DNA of 64,000 bases from the NCBI GenBank assembly GCA_033764955.1, contig JANRIL010000023.1, positions 32,001-96,000 of the forward strand. Direction: 5' to 3'. The translations under genes and the position numbers were made by a program. This DNA comes from Cyanobacteriota bacterium. GTDB taxonomy: Bacteria > Cyanobacteriota > Cyanobacteriia > Thermostichales > Thermostichaceae. The notes below the pieces were generated by a model, which saw nothing but the letters and a program-made list of their open reading frames with translations, was not told the DNA's origin and did no database searches. Shown in pieces: positions 19,092 to 29,116 of this stretch (the first letter of the stretch is position 1; each line of letters opens with the position of its first letter).

Positions 19092-20744
19092 TTAGGGGTT
19101 GGGAACCGTAATCAATAGATCAAATCCCAGACTATTTTGATCGACGGCATAGCTCGTCATGCCCATCGCTTCTAAGCTCTTGAGGGCGGTGCGGGTTTCA
19201 GCATCCAGAGTGAGGGATCCCGGTAGGGTGGTCTCCACCATTTCGATCACCCCTTGCCAATTCAACAGAAAATAGCCGTAGTTGGGCTGGGAGAGGCTGT
19301 CGTAAAGCGTCTGGAGAGGCTGGGTTTGGGGAAGAAGGGATCCTTCGCCCTGGATAAAGGCTTGGACTGCCGCTCCACTGCTAGCCAGCACGAGGTAGTT
19401 ATCAGACCAGGAACGGGTGACGAGAGGCTGACCAAAGAAGGGATCCCCCCAGAGGGTCTGATCCCCCTGCTGGGTGACCTTGAGACGGGATTGACGAGCC
19501 AAAGCATCCAGTTTATCAAGGGTGGCATTGGCCTGTTCCTTCTGGCTGGTTTCTACTACCAGCACCGCACCCATCCCCTGCAATAGGGGGCTAGCATTCT
19601 GATCGGGCAGCACCGCCAGCGCCACTTCCCCATCCATCCAACTCAAGACATCTTTATCCAGATCCATTTGGGTGGAAGACTTGAAGAGATCGCGTAATTC
19701 ATCCAAAGCTGTGCTCGCGGTCGGATCCTGTTTTTTGAGCAGTTCCGTGCGGGCTTGCCAGCTTGGACCTGGGTGAGTGGCACTGAAGACCGCTAGGGCA
19801 TTTCCCGGTAAGCGCTGGATGACCTTGCCACTAGCCATCGGGGATCCATTGATCGGCTGAAAGAGGCTATCTGCCTGAAGATCCACCTGGGTTTTGATCA
19901 GCAGTCCGGCTTCATTCCAGCGAGCCGCCGCTGCTATCCCGCCAAAAGCCTCTAACGACTTGAGGCTGTCCACATCCACTTCTGTATCCATCCCGTCCGT
20001 GAACTCAGCCATCAGATCCGGATCTGAAAGTAGAGCCGGAGTGTTGAGATAGGCAAAAGCCAGGGTTCCCTCCTGAAAAACATCCTTCACGATGGACTGA
20101 AACTGAGGACTTTCACCGAGGGATTGTCCGCGAAAGGCTTGCACTGCCCGTTCCATCACCTGCGGATCATTGGCAATCGCCACATAGTTTTTGCCAAATT
20201 CCCCCGTGATCAGGGCTTCCCCCAACTGGCCGTTGGTTTGCAGGTGCAACTTTACACCATCCTTCTGCTGTTCAGAAAACTCTGCCCCCTCTTGGCTAGC
20301 GGCTTGGCGAATTTCGGCCAAAAATTGGGAAGAGGCTTGGGCGTCTTGGGTGGTCACCGCAATCAAAAAGCCTGGGATCCCTTCCTCATCGCCAGGTTGC
20401 AGGTTGGGATCCACCACCGCCAGCGTGATCTGCTCCCCCGCCCAACTGTCCACTGCCGCTAGGTACTGATCCATTTCTTCCGCCTTTACTTCCGCCCACA
20501 TCTGGCGTTGCCATTCCTGAATCTGGGTTTGTAGGCTGGCAGGGGCAGATTCCGCGACTTTTTTAGAATCGGTAGTCATTGACAGGATCAACACACTGTT
20601 GTCAGGAACCAGCATCGTTTCAGCTAAAAGACCCGTCGGTGCTTGAGCGGAGGGAAGCTTGAGGAGTTGGCAGGAGGCGAGGAGGGCAGAGCCAGAGGTA
20701 GCCAGGAGAGAAACAGCGAGGGTGCGGGCGGATAGACGTGGCAT
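19092..20744 (-). CDS. DUF3352-like lipoprotein
   Basis: Lipobox LLASC; WAGEQITLAV and LDKDVLSWMDGEVALAV motifs. Confidence 0.75.
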   Translation of the reverse strand: MPRLSARTLAVSLLATSGSALLASCQLLKLPSAQAPTGLLAETMLVPDNSVLILSMTTDSKKVAESAPASLQTQIQEWQRQMWAEVKAEEMDQYLAAVDSWAGEQITLAVVDPNLQPGDEEGIPGFLIAVTTQDAQASSQFLAEIRQAASQEGAEFSEQQKDGVKLHLQTNGQLGEALITGEFGKNYVAIANDPQVMERAVQAFRGQSLGESPQFQSIVKDVFQEGTLAFAYLNTPALLSDPDLMAEFTDGMDTEVDVDSLKSLEAFGGIAAAARWNEAGLLIKTQVDLQADSLFQPINGSPMASGKVIQRLPGNALAVFSATHPGPSWQARTELLKKQDPTASTALDELRDLFKSSTQMDLDKDVLSWMDGEVALAVLPDQNASPLLQGMGAVLVVETSQKEQANATLDKLDALARQSRLKVTQQGDQTLWGDPFFGQPLVTRSWSDNYLVLASSGAAVQAFIQGEGSLLPQTQPLQTLYDSLSQPNYGYFLLNWQGVIEMVETTLPGSLTLDAETRTALKSLEAMGMTSYAVDQNSLGFDLLITVPNP

Positions 20745-20896
20745 GGTGATAACCCACAAAAAAGTGACCTGCCCCTTGAGCATAGGCTAAGCTTCTTAGC
20801 TTTGTCTGTAGGGTCTGACGAACCCGAAGCACTTTCCCGGATCTTTACCCATTGGGATCCCTTTTCTGCCAGCACATGGATGCCGATTGGCTAGGG

Positions 20897-21745
20897 TTAG
20901 AGGGGTTGTAAGTGAGGCCGCAAGATCGGGATTAACTCAGGACGGCTCAGGATCAGGGTTGGGTAACCCTGCCGCCCATAGTCCTGTTGAGAAATGAGGG
21001 GAAAGAGGGGGATCCCCTGCTCCTCTGGCCAGTGTCCCTGCGGATCTAGGGGGATCCAAACGGCCCCGGCAGCTTGAACCATCACCCAAACGGCGGCGAT
21101 ATCCCAGATTTTGGGCGAGCGCTCGATTGCCCCTAAAAAGGTTCCGGCGGCAACCGACAACATATTGTAGGCGGCTCCTCCCAACATGCGAGCTTTACAG
21201 GGGAAGGTGGGAGTGATCAAGTGGGTACTGCGGGAACAGAAGTTAAACAGTTGATTCGCCCCCGGATCAGCAGCACTAGGCTGGATGGGCTGTTGATTGA
21301 GAAATGCCCCCTGTGGTTGCTCGGCAAACAGTGGCGAGGTGAAGCCGGCCCTCCAAAACCCATAAAAGCTTTGGGCAATCGGCGGCAAATGTACATAACC
21401 AAAAACGGGCGTTCCTTGATAACACAGCCCCAGCGAGATACCCCAAATCGGGATCCCACGGGCAAAGTTGGTGGTGCCATCAATCGGATCGACAATCCAG
21501 CACCAATCTGTGTTGGGGAAGATGTGGTTGGACTCTTCGCTCAAAAAACCATGTTCGGGAAAAGTAGTGGCAATCGCTTGCGCCAGTTGCTGATCCGCCC
21601 ACTGATCGGAGCGAGTCACCAGGCTACCGTCGCTTTTTTCTTCGGCGGGGGTCTGTCCAAAATCCTTGAGTAACTGTGTACCCAAAACATGGGTGGTGGT
21701 TTCGGCAAACGCGAAAACCGTTGTCCAAAAAGGGGAAGAAGACAT
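20897..21745 (-). CDS. Inositol monophosphatase family protein
   Basis: LSEE, WIVDPIDGTTNF, WDIAA. Confidence 0.92.
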   Translation of the reverse strand: MSSSPFWTTVFAFAETTTHVLGTQLLKDFGQTPAEEKSDGSLVTRSDQWADQQLAQAIATTFPEHGFLSEESNHIFPNTDWCWIVDPIDGTTNFARGIPIWGISLGLCYQGTPVFGYVHLPPIAQSFYGFWRAGFTSPLFAEQPQGAFLNQQPIQPSAADPGANQLFNFCSRSTHLITPTFPCKARMLGGAAYNMLSVAAGTFLGAIERSPKIWDIAAVWVMVQAAGAVWIPLDPQGHWPEEQGIPLFPLISQQDYGRQGYPTLILSRPELIPILRPHLQPL

Positions 21746-21913
21746 GTGGGGAGGCAGCGAAAGAAAAGGGTTCTGGGATCCTTCAAAACTTTTGAAGCAA
21801 AGATTTTACCTTGCCTGACCACTATCCTCACCAGGAACCTGAGAGCGGGCGATCAGGAGAAAGAGATCCTGATTACAATCATAATTGGGTAACTGTACCT
21901 GCTTTCTCTCCTT

Positions 21914-23941
21914 ATGACCCAGGGCTTAATCGGGCAGCTCATCGGTAATCGCTATCGACTGACCTATCATGTGAGTGAGGGGGGGTATGGAAATGTTTTT
22001 AAGGCGGTTGATACCCAGATGGAGGATCAACTGGTAGCCGTCAAGCTACTGCGCTCTCCGCCGCCAGATATGGATGAAGATTACTACGCCCAGTTGCAGC
22101 AGCGGTTTATGGATGAAGCGCGGGTGAGCGCTCTTCTGGGGGAACATCCCAATATTGTGCAGGTGAAATCCTACGGGATGCACCACAATCGTCCCTACCT
22201 AGTCATGGAATATCTCAACGCCAAACCTTATGTAGGTAACGGCCTGGACTATATTCTCAACCGCGAGGGTACGTTGGAACCGGCACGGGTGGTGCGGCTG
22301 GCTTTGCAAATTTGTTCTGCTCTCTACCATGCCCACTGCTTTCAGATGGATCTGGGGCGCTATTCGATCCGTGGCGTGGTGCATCGAGATATCAAACCCA
22401 GCAACATCTTTGCTCTACGTGCCCCCGGCCAAGCGGAGAAGGTCAAACTCCTGGATTTTGGCATTTCTAAACTTCTCAATGACACAGGTAAAGGGCTAAC
22501 GCAGGAGGGTTACTTTTTAGGAACCATGTGCTACTCCTCTCCTGAACAAATGCGGGGGGAAACCCTGGATGGACGTTCTGACATTTATTCCCTAGGGGTG
22601 GTGCTTTACGAGCTGCTGACGGGATCCCTCCCCCTCAACCCTGAAACCGATTCGTTGCAGGGTTGGTATCACGTTCATAATTTTCAAAAGCCAAGACCGC
22701 TACGGGATTTTCGAGTCAGCCAAGGGATCCCGGTTGAGTTACAGCGGGTGATCATGCAGTGCTTAGCCAAAGAGGCCGCCAACCGCCCTGCCAACATGAT
22801 GGAGCTAAAGGAACAACTGCAAGCCGCTATGCCGGAAGCGGAATTGACGGCGGTTCCCCCTCCGCTTCCCAAAGGAAATGGCAATCCGGCAAAACCCGCC
22901 TCACCCCCCTCCAGTAAGCCCGCCGCCCCGAAACCTGTCGCCGCGAAACCTGCCGATGTGCCTCCGGTTGCTTCCCCCGCTCCCTCCGAAACCCCTATCG
23001 AGGTGGCTCGCCGTTTGATTGAACAGGGGCATTGGCGGGATGCTATCTACATTCTCAACCGGATGATTCAAAAAGAACCCAACGAAGCCAATTACTATCT
23101 TTATCGGGGTCTCGCTCATCAGCAGTTGGGGGACTGGGGATTGGCGCAGGCGGATTTTCATGGGGCGTTGCGCCTGGATCCGGATCATCGAGAGGCCCAG
23201 GAGGGGTTAAAAGCGGTTTTGGCGCAACAGGCGGCGGGAGCCACTGCCCCCACCACCAATCAGTCCACTATCAACCCGATGCGTCCCACCGTTGAGGATC
23301 CCCTTAAGGATCTGCAACAGCTAGATACGGTGGAAGTGGCTGTGGATTGGCGATTTTGGCCCCTCTGGATGCTGGCTAACGCCCTGGCTTTTGGGATAGC
23401 TCATGCGGGGATGCGCGGGATCCTCAGCTACTGGCAGGGGGACACCTGGACATCGGTGGTCTATGGGCTAGCCATCGGCACCTGGTTGGGACTGGTGACT
23501 GGACTGGCGCAGTGGTTGGTGTTGCGCCCTTGGCTGCGGCAACCCGCCGGATGGATGTTGGCAACTATGCTGGCCTACGGACTGGGGGGATTGGGATTTG
23601 TGTTGTTGCATCTTGAGGACGCGAAGATGGCTCTCCAGCAATTCACCCTGCTGGGATCCCCGCTGATTGGTCTATGGGTGGGCATTCTTTTGGGATCCCT
23701 GCAATGGTGGCTATTGCGTCAGGTCTCGGCGCGGGGCATCTGGTGGATCGCCATTAGCGCTCTAGAGTTGGGATTAGCCACCTGGGGCATGACTGCCCTT
23801 AGCCAACGGGAAATCCCACTTTTCCCCGGTTTGGCTTTGCTGGGAATGCTTCTTTACTGCCGCCCTCTGGCGGGCTACTGTCTGACATGGCTCCTACAAC
23901 ACCCCCATTTTGCTAAATCCAGGGATCAATCACCTCAATAG
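21914..23941 (+). CDS. Ser/Thr protein kinase with Pro-rich linker, TPR and multi-TM C-terminus
   Basis: VAVK, HRDIKPSN, DFG, SPEQ, DIYSLG; TPR segment YYLYRGLAHQQLG; hydrophobic C-terminal helices. Confidence 0.92.
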   Translation: MTQGLIGQLIGNRYRLTYHVSEGGYGNVFKAVDTQMEDQLVAVKLLRSPPPDMDEDYYAQLQQRFMDEARVSALLGEHPNIVQVKSYGMHHNRPYLVMEYLNAKPYVGNGLDYILNREGTLEPARVVRLALQICSALYHAHCFQMDLGRYSIRGVVHRDIKPSNIFALRAPGQAEKVKLLDFGISKLLNDTGKGLTQEGYFLGTMCYSSPEQMRGETLDGRSDIYSLGVVLYELLTGSLPLNPETDSLQGWYHVHNFQKPRPLRDFRVSQGIPVELQRVIMQCLAKEAANRPANMMELKEQLQAAMPEAELTAVPPPLPKGNGNPAKPASPPSSKPAAPKPVAAKPADVPPVASPAPSETPIEVARRLIEQGHWRDAIYILNRMIQKEPNEANYYLYRGLAHQQLGDWGLAQADFHGALRLDPDHREAQEGLKAVLAQQAAGATAPTTNQSTINPMRPTVEDPLKDLQQLDTVEVAVDWRFWPLWMLANALAFGIAHAGMRGILSYWQGDTWTSVVYGLAIGTWLGLVTGLAQWLVLRPWLRQPAGWMLATMLAYGLGGLGFVLLHLEDAKMALQQFTLLGSPLIGLWVGILLGSLQWWLLRQVSARGIWWIAISALELGLATWGMTALSQREIPLFPGLALLGMLLYCRPLAGYCLTWLLQHPHFAKSRDQSPQ

Positions 23942-24006
23942 ATGTCAGAAGGTTTTAGAGTTTTATAGATTTTGGTGAGAAAGATTCAATTCCATTAAAG
24001 CGAAGA

Positions 24007-24996
24007 TCATTTGGGTTCTGTTTCAAATCCATAAGCTTTTTGTACCAAATAGAGGGGACGACCCTTCACCTCCTCAAAAATACGACCCAAATATTCGCCG
24101 ATCACCCCCAAGCTGACCAACTGGATCCCTCCCAACAAGAGCATGATCACTGCCAGAGAGGCATATCCAGGCACATCCACCCCCAAAATCAGGGTGCGAA
24201 TTACCAAATATAAAGCGTACAGCAAAGCCACCATCGAGAGTCCTACCCCCAGATAGCTCCACACTCGCAACGGCAACGAACTAAAGGAGGTGATCCCTTC
24301 CACGGCCAAGTTCCACAACCGCCAATAGTTCCACTGGGTTGTGCCCTGATAGCGAGGGGCACGATCATAATAAATCGCCGTTTGTCGATAGCCGACCCAA
24401 GCAAATAACCCTTTCATAAAACGGGTGCGTTCTCGCATTTGTTTGAGGGCTTCTACCACCTGTCGATCCATCAAGCGAAAATCTCCCGTATTGCGGGGAA
24501 TATGAATTTGGCTCATCCGCCCAATCACCCGATAAAAAGCATTGGCGGTCAATCGTTTGATCCAAGTTTCTCCTTGGCGAGTTTTTCGTACCGCATAGAT
24601 GACTTGATAGCCCTCCTGCCATTTTTTGACCATTTCTCCGATCAACTCCGGTGGATCTTGTAAATCCGCATCAATCGGAATAACTGCCCTTCCGGTTGCA
24701 TAGTCAATGCCTGCTGTCAAGGCAATTTCTTTGCCAAAATTACGGGAGAGGTTAATCACCTTAATGGCTGAGTTTTTCTGATGATACTGAATTAAATACT
24801 CAAGAGTTTGATCCTGACTGCCATCATTGACACAGACAATTTCATAGCGCAAGCCCAAAAGATCCAGATTTTGGGTGAGTCGCTCAAACAAATAGCTGAG
24901 ATTATCGGCCTCATTGCGACAGGGAATCACAATTGACAGATCCACGGTTTGGGTTTGATAGCCTTGAGCCTCTGCTGGTGGGGGATCCAGACGCAT
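24007..24996 (-). CDS. GT2 glycosyltransferase, GtrB/polyprenol-phosphate type
   Basis: VNDGSQD, LSRNFGKE, IDADLQDPPE, GDFRLMDR; two C-terminal TM helices. Confidence 0.92.
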   Translation of the reverse strand: MRLDPPPAEAQGYQTQTVDLSIVIPCRNEADNLSYLFERLTQNLDLLGLRYEIVCVNDGSQDQTLEYLIQYHQKNSAIKVINLSRNFGKEIALTAGIDYATGRAVIPIDADLQDPPELIGEMVKKWQEGYQVIYAVRKTRQGETWIKRLTANAFYRVIGRMSQIHIPRNTGDFRLMDRQVVEALKQMRERTRFMKGLFAWVGYRQTAIYYDRAPRYQGTTQWNYWRLWNLAVEGITSFSSLPLRVWSYLGVGLSMVALLYALYLVIRTLILGVDVPGYASLAVIMLLLGGIQLVSLGVIGEYLGRIFEEVKGRPLYLVQKAYGFETEPK

Positions 24997-25245
24997 AGCA
25001 ACACCTCAACAGGCATCCCTATCCTACCTTTCCGTGAGGGGATCCCTAGCTAGGCTTTTTCCTGGATAGCAGGGAAACGGGTCTCCCAATTGGCGCGAAT
25101 CGCTGCACAATAGCTAACAACCGTGTCTATTCCGGCGGGTTTGCTTGTAAGGTAAAGGCTGTAGCTAAAAACCCTGGACATCACGATCGGAAAGCATTCT
25201 AATGATCGGAAGCTCTAGCCATCAAAATTCATGAGGTGTGCTGGT

Positions 25246-25869
25246 ATGGAGTGGCATGTGAGTGACGCAGAAAGCCTGAGAATTATTGACCAAGAGATCG
25301 GGAAACACGAACTCTCCCCGGCTGAGTATGAGGTAGTGCGGCGGGTCATTTATGCCACGGCTGACTTTGAATATCTGAAGCTGATCCGTTTCTCCAATGA
25401 AGCCCTGCAAGCAGGGGCAGCGGCTTTGGCGGCTCGCACGACGATTGTGGTAGACGAGCCAATGGTGCAGGTGGGGATTGCGATGGCGATTCAAAACACC
25501 TTTTCCAACCCGATTTATTGTGCCACCGAAGCGGTGACTCGTCCGCAACGGGACAAAACCCGTTCTGCTTGGGGGCTAGAAACCCTGGCGCAACGCTACC
25601 CCGAAGGGATCTTTGTGATCGGACAATCTCAAACGGCGCTTTCCAGTTTGGTGCGATTGATTCGAGAACGGGAGGTGGCTCCGGCGCTGGTGATTGCCGC
25701 TCCGGCTGGGTTTGTGGATGTGGTGGCGGCGAAGCAAGATTTAGCTGACTCGATGATTCCCCATATTCGCACCGATGGCCGCAAAGGAGGTCCGACCGTC
25801 GCGACCGCCATCCTCGACAGCATTCTTGATCTATCCTGGCAAGCCTATGACAAACGAGCTTCTGGCTAA
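25246..25869 (+). CDS. cobH: Precorrin-8X methylmutase (CobH/CbiC)-like protein
   Basis: RRVIYATADF, PAGFV, GRKGG. The catalytic His position is Tyr. Confidence 0.75.
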   Translation: MEWHVSDAESLRIIDQEIGKHELSPAEYEVVRRVIYATADFEYLKLIRFSNEALQAGAAALAARTTIVVDEPMVQVGIAMAIQNTFSNPIYCATEAVTRPQRDKTRSAWGLETLAQRYPEGIFVIGQSQTALSSLVRLIREREVAPALVIAAPAGFVDVVAAKQDLADSMIPHIRTDGRKGGPTVATAILDSILDLSWQAYDKRASG

Positions 25870-25912
25870 CCAGGGGCTGCATCCTCTCAACTCTGACCTG
25901 CTTTGGGCATGA

Positions 25913-27493
25913 ATGGGCATGAATAGTAGCTCCCATCTCCTGGTTTCTGCCTCCCAGATGCAAGCCCTTGAGCAGGCCATGTTTGCTGCCGGAATGCCGG
26001 TGGCCGCGTTGATGGAGAAAGCCAGCCTGGGGGTAGCCCGCCAGATTGCCCGTGCCTTTCCCACCGCTCGCTATCGGCAGGTGGGTTGCTTAATTGGAGC
26101 TGGACACAACGGTGGGGATGGGTTGGTGGTGGGGCGAGAGTTGGCCTTACAGGGGCGCAGGGTGCGGGTGTGGATGCCGATATCCCAGGCTAAGCCCCTA
26201 ACTATAGAGCAAGCTCGGTATGTGCAGGCTCTGGGATCCGATTTTGTGCAAGACCCCACCCATCTCTCTGGCTGTGATCTGTTGATTGATGCCATGTTTG
26301 GGATTGGCTTGACTCGTCCTGTCGAGGATCCCTGGCGCATGGCCATAGACTGGGCCAACCAATCCGGGATCCCCATCCTCAGTCTGGATTTACCCTCTGG
26401 CTTGCACAGTCAAACCGGGCATCCTCTGGGATCCTGTATTCGCGCCGAGGTCACCTATTGCTTAGGTTTATGGAAAGTTGGCCTGTGGCAGGAAGCGGCT
26501 CAGCCCTATGTCGGTCGCCTAGAGCGGATTGACATCGGGATCCCTGCCTTTGCTCTGAATGCGGTTCTTCCTGACGCCCCGCCCCTTCACCTTTTGCCAT
26601 CGATTCCGCCGTTTCTCCCCCCACCCCCCGCCCCTACCACCCACAAATATCGCCAGGGATCCCTGTTGTTAATTGGGGGATCGGCCACCTACGGAGGAGC
26701 CGCCATTTTGCTGGGACTGGGATCCCGCTACAGTGGCGTGGGTATGGTGACGTTGGCGCTGCCTGCCTCCCTTCACCTGCTGGGGCTGCACTGGCTGCCG
26801 GAGGTGCTGATCCGCGCTTGTGGGGAAACCGAGCAGGGAGGGATCGCCTCCGTGGGCAACCTGTCCTGGTCAGACTATGATGCCATCGCCATTGGCCCAG
26901 GACTGACGGCTGGCGATGCCCCCTTTTGGCGAGAATGGTTAGAGGAGGCAAGCCAGATCCCTAGCGTGGTGGACGCGGATGCCCTGAATTGGCTAGCCCG
27001 TCAGCCCTCAACCCTCTGGGCACAACGGCAAGCTCCCACCATTTTGACCCCCCATGCCGGAGAATTTCAGCGATTGTTTCCTGACATCCCATTCACCGAT
27101 CGCCTTCAGGCCGCTCAGGTCGCGGCGGCTCAGTCCAACAGCATCGTCGTACTGAAAGGATCCAAAACCGTGATCGCCGCCCCCCACGGCAAAACCTGGG
27201 TCAATCCGGCTAGCACAACCGGATTGGCGCGGGGGGGCAGTGGGGATGTCTTAACCGGATTGATGGCCGGATTGTTAGCCCAACACCTGCCTGCCGAAGA
27301 GGTGGCTTGTCTGGCGGTGTGGTGGCACAGTCAGGTGGCGCGGCGGCTAGCCGAACAACGCAGCAGGCGAGGAGTGGATCCCGTGCATTTGGCGGAAGCC
27401 TTCGCCCAGTTTCCCTTAGAGAGCTTGGCCGATAGTCAACCTGAAGAAAACCCTTCCCTCCCCTGGGCAAGATTTGCGGGGGGAGAACTCTAG
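25913..27493 (+). CDS. nnr: Bifunctional NAD(P)HX epimerase/dehydratase
   Basis: GAGHNGGDG, DLPSG, HKYRQG, VDADALN, TPHAGEF, GGSGDVLTG. Confidence 0.93.
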   Translation: MGMNSSSHLLVSASQMQALEQAMFAAGMPVAALMEKASLGVARQIARAFPTARYRQVGCLIGAGHNGGDGLVVGRELALQGRRVRVWMPISQAKPLTIEQARYVQALGSDFVQDPTHLSGCDLLIDAMFGIGLTRPVEDPWRMAIDWANQSGIPILSLDLPSGLHSQTGHPLGSCIRAEVTYCLGLWKVGLWQEAAQPYVGRLERIDIGIPAFALNAVLPDAPPLHLLPSIPPFLPPPPAPTTHKYRQGSLLLIGGSATYGGAAILLGLGSRYSGVGMVTLALPASLHLLGLHWLPEVLIRACGETEQGGIASVGNLSWSDYDAIAIGPGLTAGDAPFWREWLEEASQIPSVVDADALNWLARQPSTLWAQRQAPTILTPHAGEFQRLFPDIPFTDRLQAAQVAAAQSNSIVVLKGSKTVIAAPHGKTWVNPASTTGLARGGSGDVLTGLMAGLLAQHLPAEEVACLAVWWHSQVARRLAEQRSRRGVDPVHLAEAFAQFPLESLADSQPEENPSLPWARFAGGEL

Positions 27494-28266
27494 AGCGTGC
27501 CCGACAAAATGGGGGATCCCTTTTGATCGAGGCTATCCGTTGTGGCATTGGCCGTGATCCATACCCGTTCTCCCTTGGCTCCAGCCGGAAAAGGGGACTC
27601 AGGCCGCAGTAGGGTTAAGACCTGCCCGCCTTCATCCACCCGAAACTCACCACAATAAACGGTGTTGCCGTTATCCAAGGTCACCCACAGCCGATAAACC
27701 TGTTGTTCCGTCAGGGGGGGTAAATCCGTCAACGCCACCACCATCTCTCGCCACTGTGGGGTAAAAAACACACTGCCCTGGGAAGGGCTGCTCGTTGCCG
27801 GCGTAGTCAACGCCACTACCTTCAGATCGGATCGCTGCCAAAAAGCCGAAAGATCCTGAGGAGCGGGGGAGGAGGAGGAGGACTCTTGAGCCAGTTGGAG
27901 AGACTGGCGTAACCGCCAATTATCTAACCCTAAGAGGGCAGCAAGGAGAGCAGATGCCGCGACTAGCCACGGGATCCAGGACGGCCTCTTCGCCAAACTA
28001 GCTTGAGAAAGCCGCTGAGGTTCGGCCACTGCTTGGGGGAAGACCTGACGCAACACCTGCTGACGCAGATGCTGGGGAGGGGGGGAGGGGGGCAAGCCAT
28101 AGGGCAGAAGGGCCAAGGCTTCCTGCAAAATAGCCATCTCACGGGTCAAGTCAGGATGAGCGGCCAGCAGGGCTTCCACAGCTTGTGCCTCCTCTGGCGA
28201 TAGGTCTCCCAATACATACCCCGCCAATAAGCTGTCGGTGGTTTCGGGAGAAGGAAAATCAGTCAT
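27490..28266 (-). CDS. Anti-sigma factor, RskA/anti-SigK type
   Basis: LLAGYVLGDLSPEE N-terminal domain, single TM, LPPL...YRLW C-terminal domain. Lies directly downstream of the ECF sigma. Confidence 0.85.
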   Translation of the reverse strand: MTDFPSPETTDSLLAGYVLGDLSPEEAQAVEALLAAHPDLTREMAILQEALALLPYGLPPSPPPQHLRQQVLRQVFPQAVAEPQRLSQASLAKRPSWIPWLVAASALLAALLGLDNWRLRQSLQLAQESSSSSPAPQDLSAFWQRSDLKVVALTTPATSSPSQGSVFFTPQWREMVVALTDLPPLTEQQVYRLWVTLDNGNTVYCGEFRVDEGGQVLTLLRPESPFPAGAKGERVWITANATTDSLDQKGSPILSGTL

Positions 28267-28281
28267 GCTTATCTCCCCCAG

Positions 28282-28884
28282 TTATCCCACAAGATTTTTT
28301 AACAATTGCCGCAGTTTGATCAGCCCCTGCCGCGAACGGGTTTTGACCGTACCCAAAGGAATATCTAGCTGTTGGGCAACTTCCGACTGGCTGAGTCCAG
28401 CGAAATAGAGCAATTCTAAAATTTGTCGCTGTGCTAGAGGGATCTCGGCCATGGCCTGCTGAACCCGTTCCCGCCGCTCCTGGGAGGCCACCTGCTCAAA
28501 GGGCAAGGCTCCACTCCACTCCCCGGTCATGGTTTGCTGCCAGCGATCCAGAAAACGTTGGCCACTCTGACGGGAACGCAGTTTATCGATAGCACGCGAA
28601 CGGGTCAACATACAGAGATAGCTACTCAAAGAGCCACGCGCTGGATTATAGGTTTGTTTCTGCCAGAAAGTAACAAAAATCTCCTGGGTTAAATCCTCCG
28701 CTTCGCTGGGTTGCCCTAATATTCTTAAAGCTAAGCTATAGACCAATCCTGCATAGCGATCATAAAGAGTAGTCAGGGCAGCAGCCTGACCGGATCGCAA
28801 CGCCGCTACCAAGTCAGCATCCGTAGCCGCGACTCGATCGGCTCCACGAAACCGTGCGGATTCAGGCTCACCCAAGGATCCCAT
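28282..28884 (-). CDS. ECF sigma-70 factor (SigK-like)
   Basis: LYDRY, AEDLTQEIF, RSRAIDKLR, GLSQSEVA...PLGTVKTR. Confidence 0.93.
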   Translation of the reverse strand: MGSLGEPESARFRGADRVAATDADLVAALRSGQAAALTTLYDRYAGLVYSLALRILGQPSEAEDLTQEIFVTFWQKQTYNPARGSLSSYLCMLTRSRAIDKLRSRQSGQRFLDRWQQTMTGEWSGALPFEQVASQERRERVQQAMAEIPLAQRQILELLYFAGLSQSEVAQQLDIPLGTVKTRSRQGLIKLRQLLKNLVG

Positions 28885-29116
28885 AATTGTTTGAACCCAT
28901 CTCTCTCACCCTGTTGATGGCTCAGGGGATGACGTTGTTCCGATTATTCTCCTCTATAGGTTAGCCTCTGGCCAAGCTTCACCCTCCTCAGGCAGGCAAG
29001 CAGGCTTAGGCAAGAAGGTTATCGAATCATGGCAACTCCTCCCCTTTTGACATTGGTTAGCTTGGGCGCTAGCTTTTACTGGTTGCTGGGAGCATTCCCT
29101 ATCAAGGAATACGCGG

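Noticed and set aside
24997..25245. Possible cobalamin riboswitch upstream of the cobH-like gene
   Set aside because: No recognisable B12-box or conserved core; only a short GATCGGAA repeat.
28836..28864. GAATCC-N16-CCGAT resembling a SigK-type promoter
   Set aside because: Lies inside the sigma coding N-terminus and is a low-information match.
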